From: a virus
Taxonomy: Duplodnaviria > Caudoviricetes
Virus record (IMG/VR): IMGVR_UViG_3300044820_000060
Span: 1-60,892 of that record
Length of the DNA stretch: 60,892 nt
Reading direction: 5' to 3' (one strand)
A model generated the notes under the pieces. It did not search any database, was not told the DNA's origin, and saw only the letters and a program-made list of their open reading frames with translations. Both the position numbers and the translations under genes were made by a program. Positions 34,307-42,972 of the stretch are shown one piece after another. Numbering within the stretch: position 1 is the first letter of the stretch; each line of letters starts with the position of its first letter.

Positions 34307-34682
34307 AGAAGGCGACGATCCAAAGGCCGTTGTCCTGAATGCGCTTGAGGGCACGTTCGACACTTGGCGCGTTTTGAAGAACGAGGTGATCGTGGCGACC
34401 GCGCCCGCAGCCTCGAAGACGCGCGGCGGGATCTTCATGCCGGACAAGACGAAGGCCGAGACACGCTTTCAGGGGACCGTCGGCCTGATCATGGCCCTCG
34501 GTGAGACCGCTTTCGATGATGCGTCGCGCTGGCCGAACGAAGACACGAGGCCAAAGGTCGGAGATTGGGTGCATTATCGCGCTTCCTCGACCGAGGAATT
34601 TGCAGTGAGCGACATTTCCTGCCGGTACGTGCTCGACACGTCCATCCATAGCGTCGTTCCCGGGCCAGAAGGCATCCGCTGA
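34272..34682 (+). CDS. GroES-like co-chaperonin
   Basis: KTRGGIFMPD...GLIMALGETAF...KVGDWV.. Confidence 0.8.
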   Translation: MPIAPTKILEIEEGDDPKAVVLNALEGTFDTWRVLKNEVIVATAPAASKTRGGIFMPDKTKAETRFQGTVGLIMALGETAFDDASRWPNEDTRPKVGDWVHYRASSTEEFAVSDISCRYVLDTSIHSVVPGPEGIR

Positions 34683-35791
34683 TGGGCAGGAACAAGCATT
34701 TGCGCGACCAAGTTCGCGGACAGGCAAAGCCAAAGGCCGAACCTGAGACAGAAGAACTCGACCCATTGGACGCCTTGAACGGCGACATGGAGCCGGAAGA
34801 GGAAATTGAAGACCTCCACGCCGAGGAACCGGAATCTGAGGCCGAAGTTGAAGGCGACGATCCCCTCTCTGCCCTGAAAAAGCAGTATGAGGCGATCCAG
34901 GCTGAGAAAAAGGCCATCGAAGACCGCTTGAAAGAGCGCGAAGCGGCGGATGCAAGGGCCAAATCCGAGGCTGACGAGCACCGCCGGGGCCGCGAGGACG
35001 CCGAAAAACGCCTTCGTGACGAGCAAAAGCGCCGCGAAGAGGCCGAGGAGCACCGTTTCAAGGCCGAGAAAGAGACGCTAGTCGGCCATAAGTCGGTTCT
35101 CGAGCACGCGATCGCCGCTTCAAAGGCCGATATCGAGAATGCAAAGCGCGCTTATGCGGCTGCGCTGACCGATATGGACTATGCAGCGGCTGCGGATGCC
35201 CAGGAAAAGCTTACCGAGGCGAAATATCAGGTCACGAAGCTTACCGAAGGCTATGAACAGCTTGAGGAGCGGATAAATGCCCCGGCACCGGCCAGGGAAC
35301 AGCCCAAACAGGAGCGCCAGGCCGAACCGCAGGGCGATCCATGGGAAGCTGCCATCGCCAATTACTCCGAAGGCGACAAGCAATGGCTGCGCGCTCACCG
35401 TGACGACCTCGCCAATCCTTCTCGCCAGCAGTTGGCCCAGGCCGCAGACACAACAGCGGTCGCGAAGTACAATCTAAAGCGCGGGACCGACGAGTATTAC
35501 AGTTTCCTCGACGAGTTCATGGGCTATGCGGACCCTTCCGAGGGTGATGCCGATCCAGAACCGGAACAAGTGCCTCAGAAGCCCGCAGCGAAGCCCAGGA
35601 GCCCTGTTCTTCCGTCCGCCCCTGTCTCAAGGGCGAACACGAACAACGGCTCACAGGCCCAAGCCTACCTCACACCGGAGGAAAAGGCGACGGCACGCGA
35701 TCTTGGGATGTCTTTCGCAAAATATGCGCAGTGGAAAGACAATATCGCCAAGGGCAAAACGCATCTCAGATTTCAGCACGAAGGTAACTAA
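34682..35791 (+). CDS. Capsid scaffolding protein
   Basis: Acidic N-terminus, long coiled coil, C-terminal LTPEEKATARDLGMSFAKYA; upstream of the capsid gene. Confidence 0.8.
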   Translation: MGRNKHLRDQVRGQAKPKAEPETEELDPLDALNGDMEPEEEIEDLHAEEPESEAEVEGDDPLSALKKQYEAIQAEKKAIEDRLKEREAADARAKSEADEHRRGREDAEKRLRDEQKRREEAEEHRFKAEKETLVGHKSVLEHAIAASKADIENAKRAYAAALTDMDYAAAADAQEKLTEAKYQVTKLTEGYEQLEERINAPAPAREQPKQERQAEPQGDPWEAAIANYSEGDKQWLRAHRDDLANPSRQQLAQAADTTAVAKYNLKRGTDEYYSFLDEFMGYADPSEGDADPEPEQVPQKPAAKPRSPVLPSAPVSRANTNNGSQAQAYLTPEEKATARDLGMSFAKYAQWKDNIAKGKTHLRFQHEGN

Positions 35792-35793
35792 CG

Positions 35794-36399
35794 ATGGCCC
35801 AAGCAGAAATTAAGGGCCGCGAAGCTGCCCGTGGTGAAGCACGCCCTCCCGTTCGTCCCGACGTTCGTCCCGAACAACGTCCTCCCCAGCGCTTGGAGCC
35901 AGGACAGTTTATCGGTCGTGACGGCGAAATCCTGTCGTTCGCGAGGGGGCAGGAATACGGAGCCGACGAGTTCCATGTTCCCGAGGAAATGAAAGAGCCT
36001 GGATGGTCTTACCAGTGGATCGCAGCGACGGTCCACAACAAGCCCAACCACGGTGAAATGCGCGAGATGATGGCGAATGGCTGGCGCCCGGTCAAACCCA
36101 CTCAACTCGGCGGCTACTTCGAGCGCTATGCCGAAGGCCGCGATCACATCGAGTACAAGGGTCTGATCCTGATGGAACGGCCCGAGGCCATGACCGAAGC
36201 TGCCAGGGAACGGGATCGGCGCGCTGCTGACGCTCAGTTTGGCCGGCACCTCAAACGGGTGGACTCGGACGTTGCGATGCCCAAGGGTTTCGCATTCGAC
36301 CCATCCAAGACGCAGTTCCGCCGCGGCGAGCGTGAAGAAGTGCCATCGGATCTCAAGCCGAGATACCGGGCACAGGTGACTCCTGCTGGGGATGAATAA
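35794..36399 (+). CDS. Head-module protein
   Basis: PGWSYQWIA...GWRPV...GLILMERP. Confidence 0.7.
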   Translation: MAQAEIKGREAARGEARPPVRPDVRPEQRPPQRLEPGQFIGRDGEILSFARGQEYGADEFHVPEEMKEPGWSYQWIAATVHNKPNHGEMREMMANGWRPVKPTQLGGYFERYAEGRDHIEYKGLILMERPEAMTEAARERDRRAADAQFGRHLKRVDSDVAMPKGFAFDPSKTQFRRGEREEVPSDLKPRYRAQVTPAGDE

Positions 36400-36535
36400 T
36401 CTCAGTCTTGACGCTTTGAGACTGCTCGTCCCAATAGATTCTTTGCCAAGTTCCGTGGACCATAAGTTGGGCGATCCGCTCTGGCGTGTAGCCTAGCTTC
36501 TCAAGAAGTTCATCGAGTATCTGTTTCTCTTCCAT
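36353..36535 (-). CDS. Small hypothetical protein (opposite strand)
   Basis: MEEKQILDELLEKLGYTPE... Confidence 0.35.
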   Translation of the reverse strand: MEEKQILDELLEKLGYTPERIAQLMVHGTWQRIYWDEQSQSVKTEIIHPQQESPVPGISA

Positions 36536-36685
36536 GTCTAACATTCTATCCGCTTCTCCTGAAAAGGTCTAGCGCGCCGCCCGCGCCGGGCAGGCTTCTT
36601 CACCTACAAAACGCCAACTCATCCGCAGCGCGACGCGCCGTCCCTCGGATCGATTGACCATCATCAATTCGAGGGTTTTTCTCAA

Positions 36686-37357
36686 ATGGCAAATACGTCC
36701 AACCCCTTCGGCTTCCGTTTTTGGGGACCGAAGTACGGTGGCGGGACTTACGGCCTGCTCACCAAATACATCGCAGCGGGATATGGCACAGCGCTTTATC
36801 GCGGCGACCTCGTGACCTACGTCAACAACACGGCAACCGGCTATATTCAGCAGGGCGCAGCCGCGCAGGGCGTAAAGAACGCCTACAACGTCGGCATCTT
36901 TTACGGCGTCGAGTATTTCTCTGTTGCCAAGGGCAGTCAGATTTTCTCGACCTATTGGCCGGCATCAGACCACTCCGCCACTCCCGGCGGCGATGGCAAG
37001 GCGCTCGTCATCCCGCTGTATGGATCCAATGGCCCGAACCTCTTTGAGGTCCAGGTCGACAACTCGTCCGGCTCACCCTTCACGCTCTCGTCTGTTGGCA
37101 GCAACGTCGATATCGTCGTGGGTACGGGTACTGTCACCAGCGGATACGCTCAGTCCTCCATGCAGATCCTTGCTTCGTCGCTCGCGACCGGCCAGGGCTC
37201 CTCGGGTGCTACGGGCTTGAACTATCCGTTCCGCGTGTTCGACCTCTTCTCGAATTACGCTGCTCCCGGCCAGAATGGCGCCGACAACACGACGGCTTAC
37301 AACCACGTCATTGTCGAACCGAACCCGAATATCGTCGCAACCGCTGGTCTCTACTAG
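36686..37357 (+). CDS. Capsid decoration/minor capsid protein
   Basis: MANTSNPFGFR...ALYRGDLV...GIFYGVEY; directly upstream of the major capsid gene. Confidence 0.75.
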   Translation: MANTSNPFGFRFWGPKYGGGTYGLLTKYIAAGYGTALYRGDLVTYVNNTATGYIQQGAAAQGVKNAYNVGIFYGVEYFSVAKGSQIFSTYWPASDHSATPGGDGKALVIPLYGSNGPNLFEVQVDNSSGSPFTLSSVGSNVDIVVGTGTVTSGYAQSSMQILASSLATGQGSSGATGLNYPFRVFDLFSNYAAPGQNGADNTTAYNHVIVEPNPNIVATAGLY

Positions 37358-37369
37358 GAGGGCTGAGTC

Positions 37370-38278
37370 ATGACTGTTTTAGCATCAATCAGAAACCAGC
37401 TCCTTCCCGGATTGCTGGAAATCTCGGGCGAATACCCGAAGGCAAAGGCCGAGTGGCAAAAGGTCTTCGTGACCAAAACCTCTCGTATGGCTCAAGAGCG
37501 CTCGCTGCAGGTTCGCTACGTCGGTCCCGCACGCCAGAAACAGGAAACCGGCTCGGTCTATTACGATAACGAGTCCGGCGACCGTTGGGTCTACACCATG
37601 GAGCCCATCGAGGCGACCATCGGTTATTCGATGAGCCGCAAAGCCGTTGATGACGGCCTCTATCGCGAGAACTTCAATCCCGCGAACCTTGGGCTTCAAC
37701 AGGCCATGCGCGCCTTCTGGAACGCAACCGCGGCCAACGTGCTCAACACGGCTGGAACCTACAACGCATCCGTCGGCGGCGACGGGCAGGCGATCCTGTC
37801 CACCGCGCATCCGAACGACATCGGCGCATGGGCGAACACCCACTCCACGCCGTTGTCGCTCAACGAGGCTTCTCTGATCTCTGCCGCTAAGGCAATTCGG
37901 ACGAACTTCGTCGACGAGGCCGGTATCCTTCAGGACATCTTCATCGAGGATCTGATCATCCCCGTGAACCTGGAAGACACCGCTATGCGGCTCCTGCAGA
38001 CGGAGTTGCAGCCGGGGTCGGCCAACAACGACGTGAACGTGATCCCGAAGATCGCGGGTGGCGTGAAGAAATATGAGGTTTTTAGGTATCTAACTTCTTC
38101 GTATGCTTGGTTTGCGACGACCACAGTAAAGTCTCTGATTAGACTTGAGCGCAAACCGTTTGAGCCTGATATGTACGTGGACTTTGACACTCAATCGTTG
38201 AAGGTTACTGCGTATGAACGTGCCGGGTTCTTTGTAAACGACCCAAGGGGACTTTGGGGCGAGCTAGCCACAAGTTAA
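37370..38278 (+). CDS. Major capsid protein
   Basis: LLPGL...AANVLN...GGDGQAILSTAHP...LNEASL...PGSANNDVN...YLTS..AWF...DPRGLWG. Confidence 0.88.
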   Translation: MTVLASIRNQLLPGLLEISGEYPKAKAEWQKVFVTKTSRMAQERSLQVRYVGPARQKQETGSVYYDNESGDRWVYTMEPIEATIGYSMSRKAVDDGLYRENFNPANLGLQQAMRAFWNATAANVLNTAGTYNASVGGDGQAILSTAHPNDIGAWANTHSTPLSLNEASLISAAKAIRTNFVDEAGILQDIFIEDLIIPVNLEDTAMRLLQTELQPGSANNDVNVIPKIAGGVKKYEVFRYLTSSYAWFATTTVKSLIRLERKPFEPDMYVDFDTQSLKVTAYERAGFFVNDPRGLWGELATS

Positions 38279-38287
38279 ATTATTGAT

Positions 38288-38322
38288 ATGGCTCGCAAAT
38301 AAAACTTGCGAGCCATGTTGTT
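38288..38322 (+). terminator. Terminator after the capsid gene
   Basis: ATGGCTCGCAA-ataaaac-TTGCGAGCCAT followed by GTTGTT. Confidence 0.6.
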
Positions 38323-38351
38323 CGTGATATGTTCCTGGTATTTTCTACCAT

Positions 38352-39152
38352 ATGGGAAGTACCAGGATGCCAGCAGAATACAAATGGAAGCTAAGCGATA
38401 GGGCCGCCGATCTTCCATACGACCCCAAAGATTACGATGCTCCTCCAACCACTTGTGTTGCCGAAGATTGCGACCGCCCTGTTCGTGCGCGAGGTATGTG
38501 CCTCATGCACTGGAAGCGGTTTGAGCGAAACGGTTCTCTTGACTTGCTCAAAAGCAATTACGGAAAGCGGCCAGCGGCGACAAGGGCTGAGCGGCGGTGG
38601 CGAGCGCGTTGGGAGCGAGTTAGAAAAGGCGACTACGGCGAGCATACATGGAGCAGCCCTAAGCACTTTCGCGAAACGGTTGGCGATCCTCCAGACGAAG
38701 ATTGTCGTTTCTTGAGGAAGAAGGATAAATCGAAGCCGATTGGTCCCGACAATTTTATCTGGCTAACAAGAGATGGAAGCATTGAGGCGTCAGAAAGAAA
38801 ACATATAGAAAAAAAGTCAAGGAAAAAACATGCAAAGTATGTGGCGCGATACAACAAAAGTGTGCATTTGCAAAAGATGTACGGCGTCACGATGGCTGAA
38901 TTCAATACGATGTATCTTCTTCAGGGCGGTATATGCGCCATTTGCGGCAATCCTGAAAAATCAAAAAACCAAGACGGAACTACAAAGTATCTGGCCGTAG
39001 ATCACGATCATAAGACAGGTGCGGTCAGAGGACTTCTCTGTAGAAAATGCAATCATATGCTTGGGTATGGCAATGATGACCCAGAGGTATTGAAGCAAGC
39101 CGCTAAATATCTTCTGGACCATAACAAAATAAGTAAGAGCAAGCGTAAATGA
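38352..39152 (+). CDS. Endonuclease VII-type HNH homing endonuclease
   Basis: N-terminal CVAEDC...ARGMCLMHW; QGGICAICG...LAVDHDHKTGAVRGLLCRKCN..LG; AT-rich; start may be 38367. Confidence 0.9.
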   Translation: MGSTRMPAEYKWKLSDRAADLPYDPKDYDAPPTTCVAEDCDRPVRARGMCLMHWKRFERNGSLDLLKSNYGKRPAATRAERRWRARWERVRKGDYGEHTWSSPKHFRETVGDPPDEDCRFLRKKDKSKPIGPDNFIWLTRDGSIEASERKHIEKKSRKKHAKYVARYNKSVHLQKMYGVTMAEFNTMYLLQGGICAICGNPEKSKNQDGTTKYLAVDHDHKTGAVRGLLCRKCNHMLGYGNDDPEVLKQAAKYLLDHNKISKSKRK

Positions 39153-39189
39153 GTTTCACCAAGTTACTATAAAAAGAGGAGTTAATACT

Positions 39190-40497
39190 TTGGCATACGG
39201 TTCCATCACGAACTTCCCCTACGGAGTTACCTCATTTGGTATCCCCGTACTCGGAAGCGGCGGCGGTATTCCGCTCACCAACACAGGCGGACATTATTGG
39301 TTCGTCAGTTCAATGCTCGGAAACAACGGCAATTCCGGGTCATTCTCTTCGCCTTTCGCAACGCTCTCTTATGCGCTGGGTATCTCCGGTCTTCAGGCCA
39401 ATGACACGATCGTTGTTCTGGAAGGCCACACGGAGAACGTGACGGCTGCGGCTGGCATTCTGTGCTCGGTGGCTGGCGTCGATATCGTCGGGCAAGGTGC
39501 AGGAATCGGCATTCCGACGATCACATTCAAGACCGCAACAACTGCGACGTTCAAAATTACGGGCGCTGGCACGACTATTTCGGGCATCAAGTTCGTAAGC
39601 GGCATTAACTCGCTTGTAACGACGCTCGACATTCAGGCCAAGGGCGTTGTGATCCAGGGTAATGTGTTCCAGGATGACGGCACGAACACCGCCCTTTCGT
39701 TTATCGACTTCGCTGGCGCTTCGGCCAATGCCTCTGACGGCACGAAGATCCTCGGGAACTATTTCTACAATCCGACGGCTGGCAACTTCAATCACGCGAT
39801 TGGCTTGACGACGGTCCAAGACAATATCGAGATTGGCGGCAACTATATCGTCGGCAGTTTCGCTCTCTCCGGCATCCACAACATCACCGGCAAGGTGATG
39901 ACGAACCTCAATGTGCATGACAACTACGTGCGCAATTTGACGGCTTCGAAGCCTGCGCTGAACTTTATCTCAGCGTCAACGGGTGTGGCGTACCGCAACG
40001 TCTTCGAGCCAGGCGCGAATACACCGAACTCTGCGATCTTCGGAACGGCGCTTGACCCTTCAGGTGGCAACATCGGGCAGGGCGGGCGTCTCGATGCTGG
40101 TTCTGAGTTCTGGGTTGTTAAAACGGGTGTCGTGTCGAGCACGATCGTTACGGGCGGCGTCGATCTTTCTGTGGTGTCCATTGGTGGCCCCATCGCCATT
40201 ACGGATGCCATTGTGAAGACGGACGGCACCGGCCTTGCGGGTGGCACGAACTTCCAGATCCAGACCAACAATGCCAAGGGCGCGGCGGTCTTCTTCTCGA
40301 ACGCGGTGTCCGGCTTGGGTGCAAACGCTACCGTCAACCTGACGGGCGCGGGCGTCACCAAGACTGAAACGGTTCTGGAAACCGGCAAGAAGATTCAGCT
40401 TTCTAGCACGGGCTCGAACTGCACAGGTGCAGGAACCATCGACGTTTACCTCAAGTGCATTCGCCTTACGGCGGGCGCTGACGTTTCCCTCGTGTAG
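39190..40497 (+). CDS. Virion structural protein with probable beta-helix
   Basis: TNFPYGVTSFGIPV N-terminus; GNSGSFSSPFATL; DTIVVLEGHTE; TTG start with GAGGAG RBS. Confidence 0.75.
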   Translation: MAYGSITNFPYGVTSFGIPVLGSGGGIPLTNTGGHYWFVSSMLGNNGNSGSFSSPFATLSYALGISGLQANDTIVVLEGHTENVTAAAGILCSVAGVDIVGQGAGIGIPTITFKTATTATFKITGAGTTISGIKFVSGINSLVTTLDIQAKGVVIQGNVFQDDGTNTALSFIDFAGASANASDGTKILGNYFYNPTAGNFNHAIGLTTVQDNIEIGGNYIVGSFALSGIHNITGKVMTNLNVHDNYVRNLTASKPALNFISASTGVAYRNVFEPGANTPNSAIFGTALDPSGGNIGQGGRLDAGSEFWVVKTGVVSSTIVTGGVDLSVVSIGGPIAITDAIVKTDGTGLAGGTNFQIQTNNAKGAAVFFSNAVSGLGANATVNLTGAGVTKTETVLETGKKIQLSSTGSNCTGAGTIDVYLKCIRLTAGADVSLV

Positions 40498-40573
40498 CGG
40501 CTAGCGCCTAGTCGTAGACATCCCAACAACCAACAACGCTGCCTCCCGGTTCAATGGGAGGCAGCAAGCAGGT

Positions 40574-41059
40574 TTATCCTGAACAATGGAAGTCTCCAAA
40601 AATCATTTTGGCTGCTGCGCAGTATGCTTCGTGAGCCTCTTCTGGAGTAGAAAAGTATCCAAGATGATTATTTTTTCCGTTAACAGTGATGCCAGCCTTC
40701 CATAGCTTGGCATTGGTATTCCAAGCGACTCCTTTGAAGCCGCTTCTATTGGTAGGCCGTCTCTTTGTGTTGGCTTGGTTCTGCGAGTTTGTAGCAGGAC
40801 GTAAATTCTGTATTCGGTTATTAACCTTGTCTAAATCTGCGTGATCAATACGCTTCGGCATATATCCATGATGCCATAGGAATATAACCCTATGGAGTGG
40901 GTATAACCGATATGAAATGTGGACTTGGTAGTAACCGTTAGAATGCAGACATCCTGCAATCTGTCCGCGTTTCACCCTACCGACCGGCGATGCGCGCCAA
41001 GTTAGATAGCCATCTTCGTGATAGTCGAATAGTTCTCTAACTTGCTCTTGAGTAAGCAT
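40574..41059 (-). CDS. HNH-AP2 homing endonuclease
   Basis: LTQEQVRELFDY...HRVIF...IDHADLDKVNNRIQNLR...SGFKGV...HLGYFSTPEEAHEAY. Confidence 0.92.
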   Translation of the reverse strand: MLTQEQVRELFDYHEDGYLTWRASPVGRVKRGQIAGCLHSNGYYQVHISYRLYPLHRVIFLWHHGYMPKRIDHADLDKVNNRIQNLRPATNSQNQANTKRRPTNRSGFKGVAWNTNAKLWKAGITVNGKNNHLGYFSTPEEAHEAYCAAAKMIFGDFHCSG

Positions 41060-41256
41060 GAAACACCTCTGTCGTGTTTGTCTGGATGATGAGGTGAGGC
41101 AGGCCGTCCAGAAAACGGCTTTTCGGGTGATCATTCCCTAGCCCCAGCCATAATGTGGGAATTAATGCAAGCAAAATCAAGGCAATGGTTAGCGGCGCCC
41201 GCTAGTTTCGCCTACACCCCCCAAATTGGCCGGATGGCCTATAAGGATAATCAGAT

Positions 41257-41757
41257 ATGTCTAGAGCGAGACATTCGACTCACAAAGCCCATGAGGGCAA
41301 AGAACACAAGGAACACGAGGGCAAGAAGCATCACCGCGCACGCGGCGGCGCTCTTCCTGAGATCGCAGGCGGAGATCCGCAGGTTCTTGCGGAAGCCAAG
41401 GCTAAGAAGAATGTCGGCGTAATCGAGGGCGAGAAGTCCAAAAAGCGCGGCGACCGCATGGCTGTCAAGCGCGGCGGCAAAGTCCACGAGCGCGCCCACG
41501 GTGGCCGGGTGAAGGGTTCCGATCTTAGCCCGTTCTCATCGGCTCATGACGGGGGACCGAAGGTCTCCGAAGGCTCCGAGAATGAGCACTATGAGGCAGA
41601 GCACAAGCGCGGCGGCAAGGTTAGTAAGCGTGCTCATGGCGGCAAGGTCGAGCATCACGGCTCGCATACTGAACACCTCCATCACGAGGAGCACGGCCAT
41701 CATGTGAAGAAGGCTGTGCGCGGTCATGGGGAGCGCTCCAAAGGGGGGCGTTGCTGA
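41257..41757 (+). CDS. His/Lys-rich protein with xxGGxV repeats
   Basis: ARGGAL, KRGGKV, AHGGRV, KRGGKV, AHGGKV; SPFSSA. Confidence 0.7.
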   Translation: MSRARHSTHKAHEGKEHKEHEGKKHHRARGGALPEIAGGDPQVLAEAKAKKNVGVIEGEKSKKRGDRMAVKRGGKVHERAHGGRVKGSDLSPFSSAHDGGPKVSEGSENEHYEAEHKRGGKVSKRAHGGKVEHHGSHTEHLHHEEHGHHVKKAVRGHGERSKGGRC

Positions 41758-41980
41758 GGACGGCGAACGTCGCCGGGAAGGCGGGAAATTGACTTCTGAG
41801 GCCAGAAAGTCGCTTCCGAAGTCTGATTTCGTCTTCCCCGGCGAGCGCAGATATCCAATTGAGGACGAAAACCACGCGAGGAACGCTCTCTCGCGTGTGT
41901 CTCAATTCGGAACGCCGTCCGAGAAAAAGAAGGTCCGCAGCGCGGTCCACCGTAAGTTTCCGGCGATAGGGTCCGACTAA
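41726..41980 (+). CDS. DUF6582-like small basic protein (start uncertain; possibly frameshift-fused to the upstream gene)
   Basis: KLTSEARKSLPKSDFVFPGERRYPIEDENHARNALSRV. Confidence 0.7.
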   Translation: MGSAPKGGVAEDGERRREGGKLTSEARKSLPKSDFVFPGERRYPIEDENHARNALSRVSQFGTPSEKKKVRSAVHRKFPAIGSD

Positions 41981-42345
41981 TGGCACAGCCACGCAGATAC
42001 ACTTATACAGCCGCTACGGCGGTCCAGGGTGGCCAGGATGTCATCAATCTGGATTGGAATATCGTTCCATTTCAGGCATCCATCCTCGTCGATCTCGTTT
42101 CCGGCCTGATCACCTATTCTGTCGAGTTTACGACCGACAATCTCGACACAGGAAACCCGACGACATGGCGCTGGCTTCCCTTGGCAGGTTTTCCCTACGG
42201 GACGACTGCTAATGCCTCCAATCCATCCGCCGCGCCGAATCCCTTGCAGTGGACGTTGAATTTTCCCGTCACGGCGATCCGGCTCAACATTCAATCCCTC
42301 ACTGGAACGGTGAATTTCTCCGTTATCCAGGGCCACGATATCTAG
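41980..42345 (+). CDS. Virion structural protein
   Basis: YSVEFTTDN...FPVTAIRLN; TAATG coupling. Confidence 0.7.
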   Translation: MAQPRRYTYTAATAVQGGQDVINLDWNIVPFQASILVDLVSGLITYSVEFTTDNLDTGNPTTWRWLPLAGFPYGTTANASNPSAAPNPLQWTLNFPVTAIRLNIQSLTGTVNFSVIQGHDI

Positions 42346-42356
42346 GAGAATTCAAC

Positions 42357-42926
42357 ATGGCTCTTTGGCAACCGGGATATTTCCCGGCGATGACGTATGC
42401 CCGCAAGGTCTTCATAGGTTCTACTACCTATGCCGGCATTGCAATCCCCGCTTACAACGCTACTGCGCAAGTCTTTGGTTTATGGAATCCTGCGGGTTCT
42501 GGTGTTGATCTGACCCTCGTCAAACTCAATCTCGCTATCGCAACGCAGGGCACACAAGCGCAGTCCGCTCTTGGTTTATCCTATCTTCCGAACACAGGTA
42601 ATGCCGTCGGCGCGTCCGGTGCTCCGATCACGGCATTCACGCAGACGGCTTCGGTCCCCGGTCTTGTTGGCGACGCCGCTGGCGTCGCGGCTCCAAGCGC
42701 CGGTCGCTTTACGCTCTCGGCAACGACCATTGCGCCAACCTTCTTCTACAACCTGTCTCTGAGTGAAACAGCAGGATCTACGCCTCAAGGTATCTTTTGG
42801 GCGCAGCACGACTTCGATGGGTGCGTTTCGATCGCTCCCGGAACCTATGTCGGCCTCGGCGGATCGGCCGCTCCCGGTTCGACGTATCAGGCTACGCTCA
42901 TCTGGTTCGAAACCCCGGCGGTCTGA
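42357..42926 (+). CDS. Virion structural protein
   Basis: AGGAG RBS; FGLWNPAGSGVDL. Confidence 0.7.
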   Translation: MALWQPGYFPAMTYARKVFIGSTTYAGIAIPAYNATAQVFGLWNPAGSGVDLTLVKLNLAIATQGTQAQSALGLSYLPNTGNAVGASGAPITAFTQTASVPGLVGDAAGVAAPSAGRFTLSATTIAPTFFYNLSLSETAGSTPQGIFWAQHDFDGCVSIAPGTYVGLGGSAAPGSTYQATLIWFETPAV

Positions 42927-42928
42927 TC

Positions 42929-42959
42929 AAGGGTGCTTCGGCACCCTTCTTTCATTTTT
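42929..42959 (+). terminator. Intrinsic terminator
   Basis: AAGGGTGC-TTCG-GCACCCTT followed by a T-rich tail. Confidence 0.7.
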
Positions 42960-42972
42960 CGAGAGAGATTCC

